Assembly: GCA_022703965.1 (NCBI GenBank)
Contig: JAKJHH010000001.1
Location: forward strand, 1 to 41,325
Length of the DNA stretch: 41,325 bases
Origin: Verrucomicrobiota bacterium
Lineage (GTDB): Bacteria; Verrucomicrobiota; Lentisphaeria; Victivallales; UBA1829
Direction of reading: 5' to 3'
In this document: one piece after another, positions 16,705 through 26,495 of the stretch
Layout: every line of letters begins with the position of its first letter
Numbering within the stretch: the stretch's first letter is position 1
Program-made: the position numbers and the translations under genes
Notes under the pieces: model-generated
What the model saw: the letters and a program-made list of their open reading frames with translations, nothing else
Databases searched by the model: none
Told to the model about the DNA's origin: nothing

Positions 16705-17580
16705 TCACTTTTCCTTATATTTGCTTGGAGTCTCTCCAAAATGCCGTTTAAATTCTTTGGAAAAATGAAACTCATCATAATATCCCAGCTCATAAGCAGT
16801 TTCCCGGACGCTTTTTCCGCTTTCAAGAAGCTTTAGGGCTTCTTTCATCTTTTTCTCTCTCATATAGGCTTTAAGGGGCATTCCGAATTCATCCGGGAAA
16901 TTATGAGAAAGAAAAGAACTTGATTTAGCTGCCGCCTCTGCAAGCATGTTTAAAGTGATTTTCTTTGTCAGATTGGCTCCGATAAAATCTTCTATTTTTT
17001 CGGCCCAGTCCTTGTTATTGTTCTTGATGATCTCATTTTCGCTTATGTATTCGCTCAGATATTTCAGCAGAGCCCCGATATCATGCATCTCCTTTTCAGT
17101 AGATTCGCGATTCCTGAATATCAGAGAGTCTTCACTGTAGCCAAGATCTTTATAATCAAGCTCTTTGTCGCGTAGCTGCCCGAATACTATTGAACCAAGA
17201 TATTTGCGGTGTTTGTCGTAAAGCGGAATCATGCCTTCCAGGAGTCCGGTGTGACAATGATAAATGTGGATCTTTCGAGTCTTCCTGGCTGTTTCAAGAT
17301 TCTCCCGGTCACAGGCGATGCAGCGTTCTCTTGTCTCGGGATTTTTGCGATTTTCATTGCAAAAAGGAGAAATCTCCTTGATGTTGAACCCCTCAAGCTC
17401 TCCTCCTTGAAGATCGAAAAAGGTTATGCGTATATCCAGAACGCGATAAAGCAGTCCCATTATCTCGTTCATCTCATTTGTCTGCACAATGTATTTAAGC
17501 ATATCCGATATCTCCTTCAAATAATATGTACTAATATTCATAAAATGCCAGATTTTACATGTAAAAGTTTTTTCTTCCAT
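16705..17580 (-). CDS. AraC-family regulator with an N-terminal PocR sensory domain
   Basis: 291-aa ORF. The PocR-like segment reads FCNENRKNPETRERCIACDRENLETARKTRKIHIYHCHTGLLEGMIPLY...GSIVFGQL. The C-terminal AraC HTH reads ETAYELGYYDEFHFSKEFKRHFGETPSKY. Confidence 0.75.
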   Translation of the reverse strand: MEEKTFTCKIWHFMNISTYYLKEISDMLKYIVQTNEMNEIMGLLYRVLDIRITFFDLQGGELEGFNIKEISPFCNENRKNPETRERCIACDRENLETARKTRKIHIYHCHTGLLEGMIPLYDKHRKYLGSIVFGQLRDKELDYKDLGYSEDSLIFRNRESTEKEMHDIGALLKYLSEYISENEIIKNNNKDWAEKIEDFIGANLTKKITLNMLAEAAAKSSSFLSHNFPDEFGMPLKAYMREKKMKEALKLLESGKSVRETAYELGYYDEFHFSKEFKRHFGETPSKYKEK

Positions 17581-17608
17581 TCAAATAGCATCTCAGAGCT
17601 TCTATAAT
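17580..17608 (+). promoter_or_regulatory. candidate promoter of the isomerase-kinase-GH36-aldolase operon
   Basis: TTCAAA (17580-17585), a 17-nt spacer, then TATAAT (17603-17608). The SD AAGAGG lies 6 nt before the ATG at 17647. Confidence 0.4.
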
Positions 17609-17646
17609 TATTGCCATAACGATGAATTTTCAGAAAGAGGATATTT

Positions 17647-19050
17647 ATGCTTCGCAAAACCAGTTTCGCTCTATTTTTCGGCAACCGCGGATTTTTCCCT
17701 GAAAGCCTGATTGCTTCGGCAAGAAAAGAAATCTCAGCACGTCTGGAATCTCTTGGCTACGGCGTTCTGATGTCCGACGAAAAAGCAACTCGTTACGGTG
17801 CCGTGGAAAGTCCGGAAGAAGGCCGCACTTATGCCGCTTTTCTGGAGAAAAACAGGGGGAATTTTGACGGGGTAGTTCTCTGTCTGCCGAATTTCGGCGA
17901 TGAAACCGGAGCTGTCGAGGCTCTTCGTGACGCTAATGTGCCTATATACATTCTGGCTTATCCGGACGAACTCGATAAAATGGATTTCTCCTCACGCCGT
18001 GATGCCTTCTGCGGAAAGTTTTCCATCATGGATGTCTTCAAGCAGTACGGAATCAAGTTCACGGTATTTCCGCCGCACGTGCTTTCTCCGTCCTCGAAAC
18101 TCTTTGAGGAACAGATTGCCGATTTCGCCGCCGTCTGCCGCGTTGTCAAGGGAATGAAACGTTGCACTGTAGGCGCTGTCGGAGCCAGAACAAGCGCCTT
18201 CAAGACAGTTCGTTTCGATGAGCTTTGTCTTGAAAAGTACGGCATCACGACTGAAGTTTTCGACCTCTCCGAGATCATCCGCCTCGTTCAGCTGAAGGAT
18301 ATGGAGACCGCCGAGTGCAAGGCCAAAAAAGAGACATTCAAAAACTACTGCGATTTCAGCTCAGTTCCGGAATCGAATTTTGCGAATCTGGTTAAACTCT
18401 CGGTAGTTCTGGATGAGATCATAGCAGAAAATCATCTTGATGCTCTGGCTCTGCGCTGCTGGCTGGAACTCGAAAAAGTCCTCCATATCGCTCCTTGCGT
18501 AATTCTCAGCGAACTCAACGACAGAGGCTTCCCTGCCGCCTGCGAACTTGATATCGGAAACGCCATTGGAATGTATGCTCTGAAACTTGCCACCGGAAAT
18601 CCGGCTGCCTGTCTCGACTGGAACAACAATTATGCCGATGATCCGGACAAGTGTATTCTCTTCCACTGCGGACCAGTCGCTCAGTCGCTTATGACTGCAA
18701 AAGGCAAGGTTATAGATCATCCCATGTTCGCCAAGGCTCTCGGTGCCGGATGCGGCTACGGCTGCAATGTCGGCAGAATCGCCCCTGCCCCGTTTTCCTT
18801 CGCGAGTTCGACAACTCAGGACGGCAAGTTGAGTTTCTACATCGGTGACGGAGAATTCACTGCTGACCCGATCGCTCCTGAATTCTTCGGTTGCGCAGGT
18901 GTTGCAAAAATCGAGAATCTTCAGCGCAAACTCTATAATCTCGGTTATGCCGGATACCGTCATCACGTAAGCGTGGCTCCCGGCAGAGTCGCTTCAGCTC
19001 TCCGTGAAGCCTTTTCCCGTTACCTTGGCTATGAAATAACGGAAATCTGA
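17647..19050 (+). CDS. L-fucose isomerase-family (short, ~470 aa) aldose-ketose isomerase
   Basis: 467-aa ORF. It shows FucI-family features: LCLPNFGDE, ACELDIGNAIGMYAL, DWNNNY, GYRHHVSVAPG. Confidence 0.75.
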   Translation: MLRKTSFALFFGNRGFFPESLIASARKEISARLESLGYGVLMSDEKATRYGAVESPEEGRTYAAFLEKNRGNFDGVVLCLPNFGDETGAVEALRDANVPIYILAYPDELDKMDFSSRRDAFCGKFSIMDVFKQYGIKFTVFPPHVLSPSSKLFEEQIADFAAVCRVVKGMKRCTVGAVGARTSAFKTVRFDELCLEKYGITTEVFDLSEIIRLVQLKDMETAECKAKKETFKNYCDFSSVPESNFANLVKLSVVLDEIIAENHLDALALRCWLELEKVLHIAPCVILSELNDRGFPAACELDIGNAIGMYALKLATGNPAACLDWNNNYADDPDKCILFHCGPVAQSLMTAKGKVIDHPMFAKALGAGCGYGCNVGRIAPAPFSFASSTTQDGKLSFYIGDGEFTADPIAPEFFGCAGVAKIENLQRKLYNLGYAGYRHHVSVAPGRVASALREAFSRYLGYEITEI

Positions 19051-19054
19051 ACAT

Positions 19055-20539
19055 ATGAGCTATCTTGGCATCGACATCGGAACAAGCGGAGTAAAAGCCG
19101 TCCTCTTCAACGAGGACGGTGAGAATCTCGGCGGAGCCTATCGTCCTTATTCGTTGAAAACGGATGAGTCCGGAGCTGCCGAACTGGACTCCTCTCTTGT
19201 CATGAAACTTGCCTGTGAAGTGATTGCTGAAGCCGCTTCTCATGTCTCCGGAGATCCTGTGAAGGCTCTTTGCGTTTCTAGCCAGGGAGAAGCCGTAACT
19301 CCGCTTGGAACTGACGGCGAATATCTGGCAAACGCCATGGTGTCATCCGACCGAAGACCCGCCCCTTTCGTCGATCTTTTTACAGAGCAGTTCGGCCTTG
19401 AAAAACTCTATCGGATTACAGGGCATACTCCTTCGACTCTCTTCACCCTTTTCAAGATACTGTGGATGAAGGAGAAGAGGCCGGATATCTGGAAGAAAAC
19501 TCGTCGTTTATACTGTTTTGAAGATCTTCTTCATCAACGTCTTGGCATGAGTCCGGCGATGGGCTGGTCTCTTGCCGGAAGAACTATGCTTTTTGATGTC
19601 ACAAAGCATTCTTGGAGTCCTGAGATTCTGGATGCGCTTGAACTTGATGAGTCCTTTTTTGCGCGTCCTCTTCCAAGCGGTTCAGTGGCTGGCATCATTC
19701 CTGATAAAATCGCCGCCGCTCTTGGACTTCCTTCCGGCGTGAAAGTGGTTTGCGGCGGACACGATCAGATTATCGGAGCTCTCGGCGCCGGAGTCACTGA
19801 AGAGTCTACCGCCATGTATGCAGCCGGAACCGTGGAATGTATCTGTCCTGTCTTTTCCACTTTGACGCTTAACTCTCAGCTTTGCAAGAGAAACCTCTGT
19901 TCCTATGACTATGCGATAGAAGGTAAATACAGTTCGGTCGCCTACAGTCTTACGGGAAGCAATCTTTTTCAGTATTTTAAAGAAGAATTAGGCGGAGGCC
20001 GTTCCTATGCAGAACTACTGAATGAAATGCCGTCCACACCCTCTAAGCTGCTTGCTCTGCCATACTTTACGCCATCTGGTACGCCGTATTTCGATGGCAC
20101 AACCCCAGGCGCGATATTCGGACTTCGTCTTACAAGTTCGCGCGGTGAAATCCTGAAAGCTCTTCTGGAATCCGTTGCACTGGAAATGCGCCTGAATCTT
20201 TCGATAATGGAAGAAGCAGGAATGAAGATAAATCGTTTGATTGCGACCGGCGGCGGCGTTCGCGACCGCATGGCAGTTCAACTTAAAGCCGATGTCATCG
20301 GCAAGACAATTGAAACGATAGATGTCAGAGAAGCCGGATGTCTTGGAGCCGCTAGACTTGCACAATCGGCAGATCTAGGAATTCCGGTCATGAAGCTGGT
20401 CAGACGTGAACGCAAGCCGGAAAATGAAATTCATCCCTCTTTTGATACAGCTAGCGCCTATGAAGATAAGTTTTTGCAATACAAGATCTTCTATAGTGAA
20501 ATAAAAAACATTTCTGACAGATTATGGAGACGATCATGA
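19055..20539 (+). CDS. FGGY-family carbohydrate kinase
   Basis: 494-aa ORF. The N-terminus is MSYLGIDIGTSGVKAVLF. GHDQIIGALGAG and ATGGGVRD motifs are present. Confidence 0.85.
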   Translation: MSYLGIDIGTSGVKAVLFNEDGENLGGAYRPYSLKTDESGAAELDSSLVMKLACEVIAEAASHVSGDPVKALCVSSQGEAVTPLGTDGEYLANAMVSSDRRPAPFVDLFTEQFGLEKLYRITGHTPSTLFTLFKILWMKEKRPDIWKKTRRLYCFEDLLHQRLGMSPAMGWSLAGRTMLFDVTKHSWSPEILDALELDESFFARPLPSGSVAGIIPDKIAAALGLPSGVKVVCGGHDQIIGALGAGVTEESTAMYAAGTVECICPVFSTLTLNSQLCKRNLCSYDYAIEGKYSSVAYSLTGSNLFQYFKEELGGGRSYAELLNEMPSTPSKLLALPYFTPSGTPYFDGTTPGAIFGLRLTSSRGEILKALLESVALEMRLNLSIMEEAGMKINRLIATGGGVRDRMAVQLKADVIGKTIETIDVREAGCLGAARLAQSADLGIPVMKLVRRERKPENEIHPSFDTASAYEDKFLQYKIFYSEIKNISDRLWRRS

Positions 20540-21579
20540 GCTCTTTAAAGTTTAATTACGCAAAAGGCACGGAAGCAGATTTTCTGCGTCATACTGCCGA
20601 TATGGAACAGATCGCCTGGGCAAGAGCGTCAGAGCTCTCCGAAGGCGACGGACGCGGCAACAGAATCATTGACATCAACAACGGTTCCGGACTTGCTTTC
20701 ACAGTCGCACCTGATCGAGGACTGGATATAGTCGAGGCTTCGTTCTGCGGGATTCCGCTTGCCTTCCGCGCTCCCGCTGGACATGTTAATCCGGGACGCG
20801 CCCTACACAACGGCCTCTCATGGCTGAGAAGCTGGAGCGGAGGACTTCTGACAAGCTGCGGACTCCGTCACGTAGGCCCTCCTGAAGACGATGAAAATCC
20901 CCTTGATCCTCATCGCGGCCTGCATGGACGAATATCGGCTCAGAGTTCTTCAGATACATTCATTCATCGGGGATGGGAGAACGGACACTATGCAATCAAA
21001 GTCGGCGGCACACTGCGCGAAGCAATGATGTTCGGGGAAAATCTCCGCATTGGCAGAGAAATCACTACTGCCCTTGGCGATAACTCCATCCATATTGAGG
21101 ATACTGTCCGCAATATCGGCTCAAATCATGAATTTATTCAGATGCTTTATCATTGCAATTTTGGATATCCTTTTATTGCGCAGGACAGTAGACTTGAAGC
21201 TCCGCCTCACAAAATTACTCCGCGTGATGAATCCACCGTTCCCGGCCTTGGCTCATGGCATATTATGAGCAAACCTGAGTCCGGCGTAAAAGAGCAGTGT
21301 TTCCTGCATGAGCTTCCATCTGACGAATACGGCTGGGCTTCGATATCTCTTTCAAGTCCGTTTACCGGAGTAAAACTTATGCTATCTTACGATAGCTCCA
21401 CGCTTCCGCGCCTCATGCAGTGGAAACTGATGGAGAACGGTCGCTATGTCCTTGGACTTGAACCCACTAACACAACAGTCTCAGGCAGAGCAAAAGATAT
21501 CTCGAATGGAATAGCGCCCCGTCTTGAAGCGGGTGAATCCATCCGTTTCAGAGTCCGCCTGAGTTTTGAACTTATTTAA
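20536..21579 (+). CDS. aldose 1-epimerase-like protein (DUF4432 type)
   Basis: The ORF track starts it at 20524. I prefer the ATG at 20536, which overlaps the kinase stop as ATGA and has GGAG 6 nt upstream. Mutarotase-superfamily-like segments are GLDIVEASFCGIPLAF, SGGLLTSCGLRHVG and LHGRIS. Confidence 0.6.
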   Translation: MSSLKFNYAKGTEADFLRHTADMEQIAWARASELSEGDGRGNRIIDINNGSGLAFTVAPDRGLDIVEASFCGIPLAFRAPAGHVNPGRALHNGLSWLRSWSGGLLTSCGLRHVGPPEDDENPLDPHRGLHGRISAQSSSDTFIHRGWENGHYAIKVGGTLREAMMFGENLRIGREITTALGDNSIHIEDTVRNIGSNHEFIQMLYHCNFGYPFIAQDSRLEAPPHKITPRDESTVPGLGSWHIMSKPESGVKEQCFLHELPSDEYGWASISLSSPFTGVKLMLSYDSSTLPRLMQWKLMENGRYVLGLEPTNTTVSGRAKDISNGIAPRLEAGESIRFRVRLSFELI

Positions 21580-21590
21580 GGAGTCTGACA

Positions 21591-23663
21591 ATGTTTTTCA
21601 GTATACTTGAAAACGGCATATATATGGATGTAGATAAATGGGAAGACGGCCTTGTTCTCCTGCATCTCGGTCATCAGCCTTTCACTGCCGACACAGTTCC
21701 CGAGAAGGCAAAACAACGCTTTACAATGGTTGAAGTCCATTGCTCCGGCGCGGATCAGAATGACCATCACGGAGCAAAACATACAGCCTCGAATCCGGGC
21801 GCTCCGCTGCGTTATCTCTCGCACAGCGACAACAGAAATTCATATGGACGTCTGATTGAATTCGTTCAGGAAGCCGGAGACCTGCTCATCCGCTCGAAAT
21901 ACCAGTTTCTCGATGGAATTCCAGTTGTCCGCTCATGGACTGAGCTGGAAAACAGGGGCAGCAGCTTCATACCCGTCGAATACGTTTCCAGCTTCGCCTT
22001 GACAGGTCTTATGAAGGAGAATCCCTCAAATTGGAGTGACTCGGCGAGAATACATCTGCCCTTCAACAGCTGGACGGAGGAACTGCAATGGAAGTCCTTT
22101 AAGTCTTCTGAACTTGGACTTAACCGGATGCGTTCCTTTGACTTTTCCATGCAACGGATCGCCTTCTCCAACAGCGGAACATTCGCCGCCAAGGAAATCC
22201 TGCCTATGGGCGTTTTTGAAGACAAAACTAACTCATCTTTTTATGCGTGGCAGATTGAAACTCACGGCTCATGGAACTGGGAAATGGCGGAAATCAAAAA
22301 TCAGCTTTATCTTCAGCTTTCAGGCCCTTCCGATCAGGAAAATCAATGGTTCAAAGAACTCACCCCGAAAGAGAAATTCCAGTCTGTTCCCGTCGCTGTG
22401 ACAGTTCTGAAAGGTTCCATTGATGACGTATTTTCAGTTTTAAATGCTTATCGCCGCAGAATCCGCAGAATCAATCAGGACAACATTGATTTGCCTGTCA
22501 TCTTTAACGATTACATGAACTGCCTGAATGCCGATCCGACAACGGAAAAACTCCTTCCCCTCATCGACAAGGCGGCTTCCCTTGGAGCCGAATATTACGT
22601 CATTGATGCCGGATGGTATGCGGACGGCGCATGGTGGGATTCCGTCGGAGAATGGCAGGAATCAGCCAAACGCTTTCCGGACGGTTTTATCGAAGTCATC
22701 GATCACATCAGAGCCAAGGGAATGAAGCCGGGTCTCTGGCTCGAACTTGAGCGCATGGGCAAAAATTGTCCTCTCGCAAAGGTCTGGCCGGATGAATGCT
22801 TCTTTGTCAGACACGGACATCGTGTCATTGAACATCAATCGCTTCAACTTGATTTCAGACATCCGACTGTGCGTGCGCATGCCGATTCTGTAATAGACCG
22901 TCTGATCGGAGACTTAGGCATAAAATTCATAAAAATGGATTACAATATTGAGGCAGGCATCGGAACCGAAATTAATGCAGACAGTTTCGGTGACGGACTT
23001 CTCCAGCATCAGCGCGCTTATCTTGACTGGCTTGATTCCGTATTTAAACGTTACCCCGAGCTTGTGATCGAAAACTGTGCTTCGGGCGGACTGCGCAATA
23101 CTTACAGTCTGCTTTCCAAACTCAGCATCTGCTCGACAACCGACAACACAAATTATCTTTCAAACGCGAAAATCTCAATCAACAGTCCAACTGCATATTG
23201 TATGGAACAGGCCGGAGTATGGTCATATCCTCTCGCCGAAGCTTCGGACGAGGAAGTTATTATGAACATGGTCTCTTGCCTGAGCTGGCGTCCTTACCTG
23301 AGCGGTCAGATATGGGGACTTTCCGATGCAAAACTTGAGCTGATTAGAGAAGGCGTAAGACTCTACAAAAATCACTTGCGCAAGCTGATTCCTTCCGCAA
23401 GCCCATTCTGGCCTCTGGGACTTGCCGCCTACAATGCGCAGGAGGGCGCGTTCGGCCTGAAATCAAAGGATAAAATTATTCTCTCTGTCTGGAATTTCAG
23501 CGAAGTGGAAAGAAAAATTCTCATCCCTCTTTCCTCTGAATATGGCAAAGTTAAACTTTTATATCCAAGAGGATTCAAGACAGAATTTGAGCTTAAGGGA
23601 ACTACCTTACAAGTACAGCTTCCCGCTCTTTCCGCACGAATTCTTGAAATAGAACTGAATTAA
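21591..23663 (+). CDS. GH36 alpha-galactosidase-family glycoside hydrolase, cytoplasmic
   Basis: 690-aa ORF. Motifs are YVIDAGWY, GIKFIKMDYN (KxD nucleophile motif) and ENCASGGLR. The SD AAGGAG lies 8 nt upstream. No signal peptide. Confidence 0.8.
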   Translation: MFFSILENGIYMDVDKWEDGLVLLHLGHQPFTADTVPEKAKQRFTMVEVHCSGADQNDHHGAKHTASNPGAPLRYLSHSDNRNSYGRLIEFVQEAGDLLIRSKYQFLDGIPVVRSWTELENRGSSFIPVEYVSSFALTGLMKENPSNWSDSARIHLPFNSWTEELQWKSFKSSELGLNRMRSFDFSMQRIAFSNSGTFAAKEILPMGVFEDKTNSSFYAWQIETHGSWNWEMAEIKNQLYLQLSGPSDQENQWFKELTPKEKFQSVPVAVTVLKGSIDDVFSVLNAYRRRIRRINQDNIDLPVIFNDYMNCLNADPTTEKLLPLIDKAASLGAEYYVIDAGWYADGAWWDSVGEWQESAKRFPDGFIEVIDHIRAKGMKPGLWLELERMGKNCPLAKVWPDECFFVRHGHRVIEHQSLQLDFRHPTVRAHADSVIDRLIGDLGIKFIKMDYNIEAGIGTEINADSFGDGLLQHQRAYLDWLDSVFKRYPELVIENCASGGLRNTYSLLSKLSICSTTDNTNYLSNAKISINSPTAYCMEQAGVWSYPLAEASDEEVIMNMVSCLSWRPYLSGQIWGLSDAKLELIREGVRLYKNHLRKLIPSASPFWPLGLAAYNAQEGAFGLKSKDKIILSVWNFSEVERKILIPLSSEYGKVKLLYPRGFKTEFELKGTTLQVQLPALSARILEIELN

Positions 23664-23679
23664 TCAAACGGAGATTTAT

Positions 23680-24525
23680 ATGCTTTGCACGGCCAAAGAA
23701 TTGTTGAAAGACGCGTCAACCCGTAAATATGGAGTAGGAATGTTCAATGTCGTAAGTCTTGATTGCGTAAGAGCAGTCTGTGAAACGGCAGAAGCATTGA
23801 AATCTCCTGTAATGATCGCCCTTGCCGAAATCCATCTGCCTTATGCTCCTATAGAGCTTATGGCGCCCTTGATGCTCGCCGCTGCACGGAACGCAAAAGT
23901 TCCTGTTGCGGTTCATCTCGACCACGGATGCAGTTTCGAGGTACTTGTCAAAGCTGTAAACGCCGGATTCACATCAGTCATGTTCGACGGCTCAACTCTT
24001 CCCTATGCCGAAAATCTCGGCAGAACAAAAGAAATAGTAAAAATAGCCTCGGTTTCAGGGACTTCAGTAGAAGCCGAAATCGGACATGTCGGCGGTGGAG
24101 AAGGCGGCACTGAAGACAGCTCTCCTGAGCTCTACACCGAACCGGAACAGGCCTTACGTTTCGCTCAGGAAAGCGGCATTGACTCCCTTGCGGTCGCCAT
24201 CGGCACTGTTCACGGCGAATTCAAAAAGACTCCTCGTCTGGATTTTGAGCGTCTTTCCGCAATTCACAAGATAGTATCTCAGCCCCTTGTCCTGCACGGC
24301 GGTTCGGGTCTCTCCGACGATGATTTCAGGGAATGCATCAGACGCGGCATCAGCAAAGTCAACATCTTCACCGATATGTCCTACGCAGGCAGTGAAGCCG
24401 CGCGCAAGGCTCTCGCCTCAGGCAAAAAGATGCATTGTTTCGAGTTCACCGAAGCCTCCAGAAAAACAATGGATGAAGTAGTCGAGACAAAAATCCGTCT
24501 CTTCGGCAGCAACGGCATGGCTTGA
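23680..24525 (+). CDS. class II (metal-dependent) ketose-phosphate aldolase, FBA/tagatose-bisphosphate aldolase family
   Basis: 281-aa ORF. Motifs are VAVHLDHG, EAEIGHVGG and LVLHGGSG. The size matches the GatY/KbaY/IolJ type. Confidence 0.85.
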   Translation: MLCTAKELLKDASTRKYGVGMFNVVSLDCVRAVCETAEALKSPVMIALAEIHLPYAPIELMAPLMLAAARNAKVPVAVHLDHGCSFEVLVKAVNAGFTSVMFDGSTLPYAENLGRTKEIVKIASVSGTSVEAEIGHVGGGEGGTEDSSPELYTEPEQALRFAQESGIDSLAVAIGTVHGEFKKTPRLDFERLSAIHKIVSQPLVLHGGSGLSDDDFRECIRRGISKVNIFTDMSYAGSEAARKALASGKKMHCFEFTEASRKTMDEVVETKIRLFGSNGMA

Positions 24526-24600
24526 TCATAATTTTCAGTCCTTTTCTTTATCTTTTCAAATAAAGCCGTATTTTACATCAAAAGCTTCAGGACAGGAACC

Positions 24601-25548
24601 ATGATATCAGAACTCTTATTTAAAAACATAGCAGTTTCAAGAGTCTGTTTCGGACAGGCTTATATCGGACAGTACTACTCGGAACAAGAGGCGTGGCGTC
24701 TGCTTGATATATATCTGGAACATGGCGGAAATTTTATCGATACCGCCAGAATCTATTCCGACTGGGTTCCTGGAGAAAAGGGAAGAAGCGAAAGAATTCT
24801 GGGAGATTATTTCCTGCATTCCTGCAAGCGTGACAAGTTCGTCATAAGCACCAAGGGCGGATGTCAGCCTGACGGCATGTTTTCTCCTTCCGATCTTATG
24901 AAAGATCTCGAAAACAGCCTTGCCGCCATGCGAACTGATCACGTGGAATTCTATCTTTTTCATCGAGATATCAAAAAATATCCTCCAGAAGCCTTTATGG
25001 AGCTTCTGGAACTCGCTAAAACTCAGGGAAAAATACTTGAGTACGGAGTTTCGAACTGGCCTTTGTCCCGCTGTTCCGAGGCACTGAACGCGGCTGCCTC
25101 GCATCACTGGACCGGCATTAAAGTCAATCAGATCCTCCTGAGTCCCGGCGTGCAATATGCCAGAGCTCAGTCCGACCCTTCAATCATCACATGGGACGCT
25201 GATTTTGCGGATTTTCACCGGAAAAGCAAAATTCCTGTCATGGCGTTTTCCTCTCAGGCTAAAGGATTTTTCAGCAGATATCTGAATCCGCTCACACGCG
25301 AAACCTCAAGGGATAACGAATTTTATTCCGCAGAAAATGTGGAAGCCGCCTGTAAAATGGAGCATCTTTCAAAGAGATACGGGATTTCGCTCACCAACAT
25401 TATCATGCAGTATTTGACTCGCTATCCTGAAATTCAAGTTTTTCCTGTCTTCAGCGTGAAAAGCGAAGCACAACTAATTGATGTCATGAAATCATTTGAG
25501 ATTCCGATCCCTGATCATGAGCTTGCATCGCTTGTGCCTTATCTGTAA
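24601..25548 (+). CDS. aldo/keto reductase
   Basis: 315-aa ORF. AKR catalytic residues are visible in FIDTARIY (Asp, Tyr), STKGG (Lys) and LFHRD (His). Confidence 0.85.
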   Translation: MISELLFKNIAVSRVCFGQAYIGQYYSEQEAWRLLDIYLEHGGNFIDTARIYSDWVPGEKGRSERILGDYFLHSCKRDKFVISTKGGCQPDGMFSPSDLMKDLENSLAAMRTDHVEFYLFHRDIKKYPPEAFMELLELAKTQGKILEYGVSNWPLSRCSEALNAAASHHWTGIKVNQILLSPGVQYARAQSDPSIITWDADFADFHRKSKIPVMAFSSQAKGFFSRYLNPLTRETSRDNEFYSAENVEAACKMEHLSKRYGISLTNIIMQYLTRYPEIQVFPVFSVKSEAQLIDVMKSFEIPIPDHELASLVPYL

Positions 25549-26483
25549 CGACGCAGAAGAGTCTCTGCATTTCTGGAAAAGAAATTCTCAGTTTCTTCAG
25601 AAGATATTTCCAGATTTCTGAAGGCGTTGCGAATAGCGATAAGCTCTCCGTATATTCGAAAAATCTTGAGCTCACGTCCATGAAATTTAAAGCTCACATT
25701 CCGCCTGCATCCTCCGATTACAAGGGCGTTGTCACTGCCGAAGATAATCCTTTTCCGGTTCTCATGAACAAAAAGACTCTTCAAGGTTTCAGTATCATAT
25801 ATAAGCGCACTGTCATAAAAAATATTAGGAATGTCGGCAAGCATTTTTATTGTTCTATCAATCTGCCCTGATTCAAATGAGGCGGCGCAATGAGCCATAA
25901 TCCATTTAATCTCAGGATATTTTGAACTGTAATATTCGAGTTCTGCAAGCAAATTCTCCGCTACTCCCGGCAGGTGGATAATTACCGGCATTTTCCAAGC
26001 GTTGGCTACTTCCATCTGTTCTTCAGGAAAATACTCCGTGATTGAAGGCATTTTTTTGTCGACCATGCTGAAATACGGTTTCAATGCGACACAGTTGGCA
26101 TGCCTGCTTATAAATGATTCGATGTCGGCTGCTGAAATCTCAGGACTCAAAAGCATTGCGCCGCGTGAATCCTTGTCCTGTGCAAGTTCCTCCGCCGCCC
26201 ATTCACTTACTCCCTTGTGATCCGTATTCCTGACCGGACTCGGAAAGGATAAAAAATGGATTTTTCGCCCCGGATAGAACAGCGAGCTGATATCCTGAAG
26301 TTCCTTCAATCCTGTATTATAATTTTCCCAGTCATTTGGAGGATTCGCGTCTTTTGAGAACGCTTTGTTCCAGAGATGTGTATGAGCATCAAAAATCTTT
26401 CGCGGCACAAAATTTTCAAGCTCTTCATCCCATATTTCACGATCAAGAGCAGCATAATCCAAAAGCCTTCTTATGTCGTTCAT
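25539..26483 (-). CDS. amidohydrolase_2-type metal-dependent hydrolase (the family includes sugar-lactone lactonases)
   Basis: 314-aa ORF. It has FDAHTHLW near the N-terminus and a TIM-barrel hydrolase pattern. Its 3' end overlaps the convergent AKR gene by 10 bp. Confidence 0.7.
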   Translation of the reverse strand: MNDIRRLLDYAALDREIWDEELENFVPRKIFDAHTHLWNKAFSKDANPPNDWENYNTGLKELQDISSLFYPGRKIHFLSFPSPVRNTDHKGVSEWAAEELAQDKDSRGAMLLSPEISAADIESFISRHANCVALKPYFSMVDKKMPSITEYFPEEQMEVANAWKMPVIIHLPGVAENLLAELEYYSSKYPEIKWIMAHCAASFESGQIDRTIKMLADIPNIFYDSALIYDTETLKSLFVHENRKRIIFGSDNALVIGGCRRNVSFKFHGRELKIFRIYGELIAIRNAFRNLEISSEETENFFSRNAETLLRRYR

Positions 26484-26495
26484 TCTTAACCCTTT

